From a virus: a DNA stretch of 64,000 nucleotides. Positions 38,176 through 47,700 of the stretch are shown here, piece after piece. Below the pieces are notes generated by a model. It worked only from the letters and a program-made list of their open reading frames with translations. It had not been told where the DNA came from and made no database searches. The stretch's first letter is position 1; every line of letters begins with the position of its first letter. The translations under genes were made by a program, and so were the position numbers. The stretch is taken from IMG/VR virus record IMGVR_UViG_3300009124_000001; one strand, 5' to 3'.

Positions 38176-39711
38176 TTAGAACTCGATTACGATTTTGATA
38201 TCTTCAATTTGGTCACCAGCACGAGAAATCGCGCCTCTGTTATCTATATAGATGATTTCGCCAGAGTTAGGTTCGATCTCTGGTTTTGCATAACCATTAG
38301 TGAATGACATGCCAAGGTCATACTCAGTATTGTTGATAATACGAGTAGAGACGCCAGACACAACGGGGAAGTTGATGTCGGGGTCAGCGGATGTACCCGA
38401 TGTAGAACCAGTTACAGGGTTACCGCCTTCAAATTCTGTGAGGTTACCAGTAATCTCGGGGAACACACCATCGATTCTGTTCTGGTAGTATTTCAGAACC
38501 TTAGTTGTGTTGTTCCAAGAGATGACGCGACCACGAGCAGTCACTTGCTGACCACCCACCGTTCTGGACTGAGTAATGATCTCGTCAGTTTGGAACTGAC
38601 CAGTGAACGTGGGGGAGAAAATTACTGCCTTTGTTGCTGACAGAGTGATGGCAGATGTCAGTTCTGTTGTGCCGAACTGGTTGGGGTTAATCACCAGACC
38701 AATACGACGATAGTCGTTGTCAGTTGGGAAGTCACCCGAACCTTCATCGTAGGTGAACTTCGTGTTGATCATTACACGATAACCGCCAAGCTCTTTGGTA
38801 GGTTCCGAACCATGACCAGTGTCGGGAGGAATGATAACGTCGATAGCAGCACCAGTACCTGTACCAGCACCAATACCGTTGATCTCATCAATAACGACCT
38901 TACCGAAGGTGTATCCAGAACCACCAGAGGTCACTGTGGCAGATACGATCTTACCACCGTCAACCACCAGAGAAACACGACCACCAACGCCATCGCCTTT
39001 GATGGGTACGTTCTCATAAGTACCGTTGTTGTAACCAGTACCAGATGCTTGGATAACTACACTGTCAATTTCACCACCAACAGCATCACCTGTCACAGCA
39101 ACGTCGCTGAGCACAGGCATGTAATCGTTGGAGAAGAATTTCAGAACCTGACCAACAGGGATCGTATAAAGATACTTCCAACGATAACCATCAGCAGTTG
39201 TGATAATTGAAGTGGAGGTGCCAGTAGGCTCAATAGTAGAAGGTTTACCGTTAGGATCAGAAGGAGAAGTGCCATTGTAGATGCACTTATAGACCTGATA
39301 CTGCGAGTTAACGACGTAGAAATCTGCGTCATATAGTTTCGTAGCACCAGACGATGCTGTCTTCGTGGAAGAATAGTCATGGCGATACATATCATAAACA
39401 TAACCCAAACCACCAGTGGTTTGTTCTGGGGGAGTCCAGTCAATACGACGAACCACCTGAATGGTGTCGGATGCAAGCACACGCTTCAAAGAGATCATAT
39501 CGGAATAGGTATCCGAAAACTCTTGGAACGAGTCCACAGGAGTCGGCGGCGCGTTCTCGTTGTCCCACTCTTGGGGGCGACCGATAAACACATAGAGACG
39601 ATCTCTATTTGCTCCCGCAACGAGGTCAGACTGCGTGGGATCGGCACCCTCCAACGATTTGATGAATCGTTTCGCAGTAAAAATTCTAAATTGATCTGTT
39701 AGAAGTGCCAT
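38176..39711 (-). CDS. g8: Baseplate wedge subunit gp8
   Basis: LYVFIGRPQEW, YDMYRHDY, VYKCIYNG, DGYRWKYLYTI, YRRIGLVINP, SGEIIYIDNR, QIEDIKIVIEF. Confidence 0.93.
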   Translation of the reverse strand: MALLTDQFRIFTAKRFIKSLEGADPTQSDLVAGANRDRLYVFIGRPQEWDNENAPPTPVDSFQEFSDTYSDMISLKRVLASDTIQVVRRIDWTPPEQTTGGLGYVYDMYRHDYSSTKTASSGATKLYDADFYVVNSQYQVYKCIYNGTSPSDPNGKPSTIEPTGTSTSIITTADGYRWKYLYTIPVGQVLKFFSNDYMPVLSDVAVTGDAVGGEIDSVVIQASGTGYNNGTYENVPIKGDGVGGRVSLVVDGGKIVSATVTSGGSGYTFGKVVIDEINGIGAGTGTGAAIDVIIPPDTGHGSEPTKELGGYRVMINTKFTYDEGSGDFPTDNDYRRIGLVINPNQFGTTELTSAITLSATKAVIFSPTFTGQFQTDEIITQSRTVGGQQVTARGRVISWNNTTKVLKYYQNRIDGVFPEITGNLTEFEGGNPVTGSTSGTSADPDINFPVVSGVSTRIINNTEYDLGMSFTNGYAKPEIEPNSGEIIYIDNRGAISRAGDQIEDIKIVIEF

Positions 39712-39733
39712 CTTTAAGCAGTTACCTTCCTTT

Positions 39734-39739
39734 TATTTA
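39734..39739 (-). promoter_or_regulatory. Late promoter upstream of g8
   Basis: ATAAATAA followed by AGGAAGGT. Confidence 0.75.
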
Positions 39740-39745
39740 TGGGAC

Positions 39746-41593
39746 TTATTCTGGTTCAGTTCTGACCAGATTGGTGTATTCTTGCTTGGTGAATAGACCT
39801 GTTGCACCACTAGACTGACCAGCGATGGTATCTGATGTAGTGAATTTGTAAGTGTTGCCATTGTTAGTAATGTTGTTCACAGACAAATATGTGTAACCAA
39901 ACTCGTCTGCTTCACTGATGAACGAAACGACCGTTGCCGTAACACCTGTGCTGCTACCAGAAACAATCTCACCAACACTAAACAAAGTGCTGTTCCAATT
40001 CTTAATCTTCAAGGTAGATTCAGAGATGTGCTCAATACCATCACCCAAAAGACCAGCAACTGCAACAGATGCTGTTAGTGGGATAAGATTGGAGTCATAA
40101 ATCTGATCACCTTGTTGGAACAGAGTTGTGTTCTGTCCACCGACTGTTTCTTCAATACCATACAGTGAAGAAGCAATACCACCATCTAGACTGATAGCAT
40201 TTTCATAATCAGTATCAGTATTTACGAGGTCAATAATGCCATCACCTTCTCCGTCAAGTTCGTCGTTATCCTCAAATACAAATCCTTCCAGAGTGCTGAT
40301 TGGATCAGTAAAGGTGACGATACTACCAGTTTCACTTTCAAGGAGAACGTGAGGTTCAACACCCGTTCCAGAAGAACCAGCAACACCAGCAACAAACTGA
40401 ATAACAGCACTGCTCTCACTGGATCTACCACCGTCAATGAACGCCAGTTCATCAACTTCAAACGTTAAGAACAGTTCTCTGGTTTCGGGTCGCCAGTCAT
40501 ATACGATGGCAACTTTGTTGGTTTTATCTTCTTCGACTCTTCTGATTCTGTCGGCAACACTGAAAGCATATCCAGAGATGCCAGTATCAGGATTAGTTGC
40601 AAGGTTATCAAGAATCACACGCTGGTCATATCGGAAGTTGATACCTCTATCACAACCAGTAAAGGAGATTGCTGTCTTGCCTGTATATCTAATAAGCTCT
40701 CTACCAATCTGGAACTTACCAGATCCAGGGAACGCCTCTGTTGTTTCGACGTATAGAGTGCTATCAGCGGCAGCAGCATTTCTAATCAATGCTGTCATGT
40801 TGTAGAAGTCAGAGACGAGAGACGTTCTGTTTCTCTGTGCTCTGATCAGATTAGTATCACGAGTGAAGATAACCTGAGGAGCAGAAGTATATCCGCCACC
40901 AGGATTGAGTAGATTTATGCTAGCAATTTTACCGAGACTAATATCTGCCTTTGCTTCTGCACCAGATCCACCACCACCAATCAACTGAATAATTGGAGGA
41001 GTTTCAAAGAACTCACCAGCATTGCTAATGTCAATACTTTCAACTACACCAAACTGGTTAACATCAGCAACACCTGTGGCACCCTGTCCACCGCCACCAC
41101 TAATAACCAGAGTGATGTCTTCGCCAGAATAATTTCTACCAGTATTTTCAACTGAAAGACCCGTCACACTTCCAGTGACAGGAACAAGTTCTGCACCAGA
41201 TCCACCACCACCAACTAATCTGGCAGTTGCATTAAAGTAACCATCGCCAGGTTGATTGACTTGCAAAAAGTTGATAGATCCATCTTCTTTGAGATAGATG
41301 TTTGCATCAGCGGGAACAGTACCAGGATCATTACTCTCAATCAAAAGTCTGAGGGGATTGTATCCTTCACCAGGATCAACCACATCCACAGACAAAATTT
41401 CGCCATTATCAGCGATATTTGCTCTAAGAACTGCATCTCTGATTGGCGTACCGCAGTTAGATACAGTTAATCTAGGTGGATTATTGGGGTCATACCCACT
41501 ACCACCTTTAACTACAATAACGTCCTTAACGCCCTGTACGGAATTAAAGACTGGTTCAATTACTGCACCACTTCCAGGAACTGTTCTTGGCAT
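39746..41593 (-). CDS. Baseplate-associated structural protein with gp7-like GxGY repeats
   Basis: Repeated IxxxGxGYxxxPxxxxxGGGGSGA units, same type as in the giant gene. Confidence 0.8.
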   Translation of the reverse strand: MPRTVPGSGAVIEPVFNSVQGVKDVIVVKGGSGYDPNNPPRLTVSNCGTPIRDAVLRANIADNGEILSVDVVDPGEGYNPLRLLIESNDPGTVPADANIYLKEDGSINFLQVNQPGDGYFNATARLVGGGGSGAELVPVTGSVTGLSVENTGRNYSGEDITLVISGGGGQGATGVADVNQFGVVESIDISNAGEFFETPPIIQLIGGGGSGAEAKADISLGKIASINLLNPGGGYTSAPQVIFTRDTNLIRAQRNRTSLVSDFYNMTALIRNAAAADSTLYVETTEAFPGSGKFQIGRELIRYTGKTAISFTGCDRGINFRYDQRVILDNLATNPDTGISGYAFSVADRIRRVEEDKTNKVAIVYDWRPETRELFLTFEVDELAFIDGGRSSESSAVIQFVAGVAGSSGTGVEPHVLLESETGSIVTFTDPISTLEGFVFEDNDELDGEGDGIIDLVNTDTDYENAISLDGGIASSLYGIEETVGGQNTTLFQQGDQIYDSNLIPLTASVAVAGLLGDGIEHISESTLKIKNWNSTLFSVGEIVSGSSTGVTATVVSFISEADEFGYTYLSVNNITNNGNTYKFTTSDTIAGQSSGATGLFTKQEYTNLVRTEPE

Positions 41594-43074
41594 TAGACCA
41601 CCACGATATTACCGACCATAGACGAGTGAATGTTGCACTGATACACATATGTTGTACCAGCAGCAAGACTCTGGGGGACTGTCCAGTATTGGACACCGCT
41701 GATGGAACCTGATGTTCCACTGATCTGAGCACCACCGTTGGATACTCTAATTTCAAGGGGGTGTGAAGATCCTGTCTGATTGTTGAATCTGTATGTGAAT
41801 CCACGATACACATAGATTGTAGGATCTGTTGCTTCACTAATACCAGGACCATTAACTGTGTAGTTAGTGCTATCAGCAGCAGTGAAGTCATAACTCAGAG
41901 TAGGAGATGCTACTCCTTCATATGCGCTCGATCCCCTAATCAGAGACTCACCTTCATTTGCACTGGGGAGTGCAACAGTGTTAGTAATGGTAAGCGTCGA
42001 TCCAGAGACGGCAGTGGTGATTCCAGTGCCACCAGCAATCGTGACAGTAGAATCGGCGGCGGCAGCAGTATACGAACCAGTGTCGCCTGCAAGAGTTTTA
42101 AGGACATCTTGAACGACGTTGGGCGAATCGTTGGTGATGGTAATAGCACCAGCGTTTAGATTGGTGGAAATGCCAGTACCGCCCAGGAAGTTCAGACTGT
42201 CTGTTGTCACAGTAGCAGTGGTACTACCGTTATCAGCGCCAAAGGTGGTGAACACATTCTGGTCTAGGTCACCCAGGGTGCCTGTCATATCAATAGTAAG
42301 AGTATCACCAACCAGAGTAGTGGAGATGTTAGTACCACCTGCAATAATGAGGGTATCGTTAGGAGCAGAAGCAGTACTAGTACCAGTATCGGCATTGACA
42401 GTCTCAAATAAATTCTGAGTAGTGCCTGTACCACCAGTTCCTTGCTCATCATTAGCAGGGGACCACTTACCTGTTGCCGCAACCCATTTCAGGATTTGAC
42501 CATCAGCAGGACCACCATTCACTGTGGTATCTACGTCAGCAAGAACAGTGATGCTCTGAGTTTCGTCTACCAGAGGAATCCACTGAGCATTGTGAGCAAC
42601 ATATGCTTTTCCAGTGCCATGGACATGAGCAAACATACCATGGTGGTTGCTTGCATCAGGAAGATCTACGAGTTCAGCATATGGTGCATACCATTTTAAG
42701 TAACCATCATCACCATCAATATAGGTATATGCAGAACCAGAACCACCTGCCCAGAGTTGGATGTCACCAGTGCCAGTCTGTTTGATTACGATGGCATCTG
42801 TGCCATCAGACTGAATCTCATTACCATTGGTATCTAAGTTGCCAGTCAGCAGATTGAAGTCTGCCCCACGGAAGGCAGGATTAGGAGTGGTGCTCCATTG
42901 GAGAACCTGACCCTCAGTAATACCAGCACCAATATCAATCAGGATATCAGTGTTATTACCGAGACGTTCATACAGTTCGTCAAAGTTTGAATTGTATTTG
43001 ATAGCACCGTCTCTTAGGGTATCACCTGTTCCATCATTTGCCGAAGATCCAATACCGACTAGCTGTTTCGCCAT
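41593..43074 (-). CDS. Structural protein with gp9/gp10-like N-terminus and C-terminal cupredoxin-like domain
   Basis: MAKQLVGIGSSANDGTGDTLRDGAIKYNSNFDELY; internal fibre-like repeats; ends HPL...YVYQCNIHSSMVGNIVVV. Confidence 0.8.
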   Translation of the reverse strand: MAKQLVGIGSSANDGTGDTLRDGAIKYNSNFDELYERLGNNTDILIDIGAGITEGQVLQWSTTPNPAFRGADFNLLTGNLDTNGNEIQSDGTDAIVIKQTGTGDIQLWAGGSGSAYTYIDGDDGYLKWYAPYAELVDLPDASNHHGMFAHVHGTGKAYVAHNAQWIPLVDETQSITVLADVDTTVNGGPADGQILKWVAATGKWSPANDEQGTGGTGTTQNLFETVNADTGTSTASAPNDTLIIAGGTNISTTLVGDTLTIDMTGTLGDLDQNVFTTFGADNGSTTATVTTDSLNFLGGTGISTNLNAGAITITNDSPNVVQDVLKTLAGDTGSYTAAAADSTVTIAGGTGITTAVSGSTLTITNTVALPSANEGESLIRGSSAYEGVASPTLSYDFTAADSTNYTVNGPGISEATDPTIYVYRGFTYRFNNQTGSSHPLEIRVSNGGAQISGTSGSISGVQYWTVPQSLAAGTTYVYQCNIHSSMVGNIVVV

Positions 43075-43097
43075 GGTTTTCTAGTTCTTTACAGTTT

Positions 43098-43103
43098 TAT
43101 TTA
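43098..43103 (-). promoter_or_regulatory. Late promoter overlapping the YHYH gene stop
   Basis: ATAAATAA. Confidence 0.7.
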
Positions 43104-44705
43104 TGTTGCGTCAAAAGAGATACTTGTAGTATCAAACTTAGTATCAGTAGACGAGAAGTCAACGTCTCCTTGACCATCACCAAATCCAGTAACGACAAGT
43201 GTCGCCACATCAGAAGTTAGTGGGGAGTTCTGTGCGGGAGTTACGCCAAGACCCAAAGGTCCACGAATCTCCACTCTATACTTATACCCAGACATATAGT
43301 TCAGGGCAGTAAACTGATATGTAGGATTAGTTGCACCAGTCAACACAGCGTAAGAGAATCCATTATCAGTAGATCTGTACCACTGATATGCCTTGGGACC
43401 ATCTTCGGGACTGACAGCAGCGGTAACACTAAATGTAACAGTCTGACCGACGTTAATGGTAACGTTCTGTGGTTGTAGAGCAATCTGCAAGGTTGCAGGT
43501 GCAGGAGGTTCACCACCACCTTGATCTGGTGGCGGCGGTGCAGCAGCACCATTGTTCGCTGGTTGGTCTAGCGTCTCACGGGTTGTAGAACCAATCAAAT
43601 ATGGAAATCTTGCTTGCAAGTTATTTTCACTGTCAAGTTCGCATGACAAGAAATATGCATAGGTGCCATCTTGAAATTCAGGAGTTATACAAAATCTACC
43701 ATTATGTGTATCTAGAATACCTAGACCCTCAGAATACTCCCAGTCCTGTATCAGAGATCCAGCAGGGGGGTTCTGCTGACTGTCACCGTAGATTGGTCTA
43801 CCAGGCACTTCTTCTGATTTAACTCTATAAGAAGTGCTAGCAATCGTTAGGTCAGAGTCATTGTCCCAAGGATCTGAATAACAATATGGACCATAGATGG
43901 GGAATCCATCAAACGCATAACCAAGAATCTTTGAATGACCATCAGGGTGTCTCAGGTTGTCACCATTGTACTGAGACGAACCATAATAATCATTATATGT
44001 AGACATAACAGAGTTTGCTTTCCAGCAATCAATGAAATGTGTGTCGTGGTAGTGATACTGTCCAGTGTTCTCGGGGTGTCCACCACAGTTGTCATCCCCA
44101 AAACTTACTGGGGATTCTTCATAGTGGGCGTTCCAGTTGAACCCTTGTGGGGGGTTGCCACCTGCCCCTGCGGAGGGATTAAAGAACACAACACCGTTAG
44201 CAGCAATACCAATAGCGCCAAGTGGAGTTTCTGTGCGACCATTACGTTGATCATAATAAGTGTATGTGCCATTATACCCTGATCTGGTGAATTCCATGAT
44301 CAGTTCTAGATACTGATCACTTGCTCTCCAAAACTCACCAGCAGTGGCAGTCTGCTCAGTGCCTCTGTAAACAAACACTTGCTTGTGTTCGTCGGGGGTG
44401 TTTGCGTCGAATACAAAAAGAATTCGATCACCAACTTGAATTTGATTGCCTAGTAGATCATTATCATCTACGGACAATGGGATTTGGATAAAGAATCCTT
44501 CATGCACAAAAGTGTTGTCATCGAAGGTTCTAGTAGTGCCAAATGTACCACCTCTATAATAGAAGTCATGCTCAAAATCCTGCTCAGTAACTTGATTGGG
44601 ATTATTGGCATTCGGGAACGTACCGTAGAGGACGGGATCTGGAAGACCATCGCCATCTACGGTAATAATTCTAGTGCCAGAGTTATATTCAGCGGTTGCT
44701 GTCAT
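43101..44705 (-). CDS. YHYH-domain protein with C-terminal Ig-like domain
   Basis: GAIGIAANGV, GGHP...GQYHYH, HSKILGYAFDGFPIYGP, LDTHNGR, YAYF, FPY; then QPQNVT...YQWY...Y Ig-like module. Confidence 0.9.
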   Translation of the reverse strand: MTATAEYNSGTRIITVDGDGLPDPVLYGTFPNANNPNQVTEQDFEHDFYYRGGTFGTTRTFDDNTFVHEGFFIQIPLSVDDNDLLGNQIQVGDRILFVFDANTPDEHKQVFVYRGTEQTATAGEFWRASDQYLELIMEFTRSGYNGTYTYYDQRNGRTETPLGAIGIAANGVVFFNPSAGAGGNPPQGFNWNAHYEESPVSFGDDNCGGHPENTGQYHYHDTHFIDCWKANSVMSTYNDYYGSSQYNGDNLRHPDGHSKILGYAFDGFPIYGPYCYSDPWDNDSDLTIASTSYRVKSEEVPGRPIYGDSQQNPPAGSLIQDWEYSEGLGILDTHNGRFCITPEFQDGTYAYFLSCELDSENNLQARFPYLIGSTTRETLDQPANNGAAAPPPPDQGGGEPPAPATLQIALQPQNVTINVGQTVTFSVTAAVSPEDGPKAYQWYRSTDNGFSYAVLTGATNPTYQFTALNYMSGYKYRVEIRGPLGLGVTPAQNSPLTSDVATLVVTGFGDGQGDVDFSSTDTKFDTTSISFDAT

Positions 44706-44718
44706 CGGACTTTTTGAC

Positions 44719-44724
44719 TATTTA
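44719..44724 (-). promoter_or_regulatory. Late promoter overlapping the stop of the giant gene
   Basis: ATAAATAG. Confidence 0.7.
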
Positions 44725-47700
44725 TTGGAAGATCTGAGTCGGGTTGAAGTTGCTGATGATAGTAGCACCAGTCTGAACTGTGAGGATCACAGAGTTGGAG
44801 TAGACAGGTGTAGCACCAGCAGCGGTGATAGCAACGCGGAATTCATCACCGTCATCTGCTTGTTCGGCAGGGTTGGAGTCATAGACGTTAGAAGTCTGAC
44901 CCGTGATGTTGTTCCAATCAGTTTCGCCATACTGCTTACGCTGCCACTGATAGTTCAGAGCGGTAGTTCCGATCTGGTTATCAGAGGACTGAATGAAGTT
45001 GGCGACAACGGTGAACTCAGCGGTCTGACCCTGGTTCACAGTCACGTTGGTGGGTTGTGATGCGATCTGGATATATCCAGGAACGATCACAATCGGATTG
45101 CCCTGAGGATCAGTACCCTCGCCAGCGTAGGTATCGAAACCTTGGTTGACGGCAGGACCAGTCGGGGGCACGAAGTCATCATCAACAGTAGTCTCAACTG
45201 CGACTGCTGGTTGTGCATAACCAACGCCACCAGTCTTCACGTCGATTCTTAGAATGCCCATCAAAGCACGAACACGACCATCGAAACCTGTGGCGGAAAT
45301 CACGTCCACGCTCGGGCGCGAGGTGTATCCATCACCAGGAGAAGTGATGATTGCTTCCGTAATCTCACCAGACTTGATGTTAGCGACTGCCTCAGCACCA
45401 CGACCTTTAACCGTGCCTGTGTACTCAAAGGTGATCAATGAGTTGGAAGACTCAATCAATGCAACTTCACGTTCGTCTGCCTCACCTTCGATTTGCAGGA
45501 TGTCGCCTGCTTCAATCGGAGGTACGACAGTTGCCGCGATCACGTCAGCGTCAGAACCGATGTAGGAGAAGGCAACGAACGTAGATCCTGCGCGAGGAAT
45601 CTCAGCGAAGATGATTCTAGAACCAACCAGTTCGTAACCAACGCCAGCTTCCTGAATCACACCATTGAGCGAGACGATAATGTTGTTCTCAGGCAGGATA
45701 GTGTTGGACGATACACCTTCCGTCAGAGTCAGGGAGTAGAAACCGCCCTGATACTTCAAGTTGAAGGACGAACGCAGAGAGTCAAACTCGAAACTGATGT
45801 CATCAAGTTGTCTCAGTTTACCCACGTAGTAACCGATAAATTCAGAACCGATGGTGGGTGGTTCAGTGAACTGAATCGAGTCAGAGAATGCCGTGTAGGC
45901 GTAGTTTGCACCAGGAGGTTGCAGCACACCGTTGACGAAAACGAGCAGGTGACCTGCGGGATCGGGGAAGTATGCTTCACCGTTGCTGACGGTGAGTTTG
46001 AAGGAAGTTGCAGTGCCATCGAAACCACGGAAGTATCTGTCGCAACGTGCGAGCAGGTTCTTCGATTGTGTAACACCAGCAGACCACCCATAGTCGGAGA
46101 TAATTGTCAGGTTAGAGGGGAAGTCGCCCACAACATCTTCCAACCAGATACGACCAGTGTCACCACTGATGGATTTGCCAGAAACCTTACCGTACGAAGT
46201 GTACTCAGTGACGGACACGTTGGAAATATCACACTGGATAACGGGGAAGTTATTCAGGTTTTCAAACTTACCAAGACCGCCCGAAAGGAGTTCATTGGGG
46301 TCTGTGGTCGTGTTGCCATCAGCATCAGCACCATAGGGTTGCAGGTTAGCGATCCAGATCTTGTGGATGCTGTTGTCGGGATCATAGAGATAATCGGTGA
46401 CAACGGCAGTCCAACCAGGAATCTTGGGAATACTTCCTTGCAGCAGGTAAACAAAATCACCCTTCTTGAAGTCGCCCGTGAAACCTTGGTCTCTCAGGAC
46501 AGTGTTGACATCACATTCGATAGTCTTGACCGCGTGTACATACTGATTGAGTTCAATGTCTCTGAAACTATCTCTGGTGATGTTGGCGATGTTGAGGATC
46601 TTGTCGGTGATAGAACCGTAGATGATATCGCCATCAATGAAGTCCTGTTCAAGAGTTTCAATGTCAATCGCAATACGACCGCCAGTGTTGCTAGTCAGAG
46701 AACCAGCAGAGTTTTCATAGGCGACGATATCTGCCTCAGCACCATTGGACTTGTTGAAGAGCATTTCATCAACGCCGAAGGATCCTCGCTCGGTGTTGAT
46801 CAGCATACGATCTCTGGCAGCAGAGGTAATTTCTGCTGTTTGGGCGCTATCAACACCTTCCAGGATATCGCTGACGGAGAAGGAACCAGTGATATTTTCA
46901 ACGTAGATCCAACCCTCATCCTCATTGTCACCCGTGAGGGGCGAAGTTTGAAGGACTGTGCCATAGTTTGTACCAGCACCTTGGACCTGAACTCTTTCAC
47001 CAATGTTGAATCTGCCAGTAGCAACACCAATATCAAATCTCTGATAGATCTTGATGATGTTTGCTTCGTTGTTTCTGGTGCGTACAATTTCAGATGTGGC
47101 GTTAGAGGAAGTACCCACAACCACGTCTGCGAGGCTAAACCCACCGCTTACAGGGTTGTCAATATCTCTGGTGCCATAGGTTGTAGTCGTACGAGTGATA
47201 CCAGAACGAACGTTCAGTTGCAGTTGTTGCTGACCAGTGGTAGCGAGGTTAACTGCAAACGGAGCAAATCTGGCATCGTGACGGATCTCCTTAGTGATCT
47301 CAAAGGCACTTGGAGTTGCGTTGAGCACATAGAAGTATTCCTGATCAGCAAACGCTGCCTCAACATCATTCGATGCAACAACATAGCTAAGGATGTCACC
47401 ACGCGAGTAGAAGTTCGGGCGATTGATAGTGATCTTGTTCTCTCTTCTCTCAAATCCAACTTCAACTGTCGGAGTATTGATAATCAGATCGGGGTCAGTA
47501 TTCCAGTCAAGACCTTCATCGTAAAGGTTCTGATTGTTAGTCGCATGGACGTTATTGGTCCACTGAATCTTGTTTTGAGACGGAGGCGTACCTCTGCTGA
47601 TAGCAAAGTATGCAGCATTCAGAGACGAATCAATCTTGAATTGGGTGGACTCAGGCTCGTACTCGTAACGATTTTCGATCGCATTCGTACCTTGGTGCGT

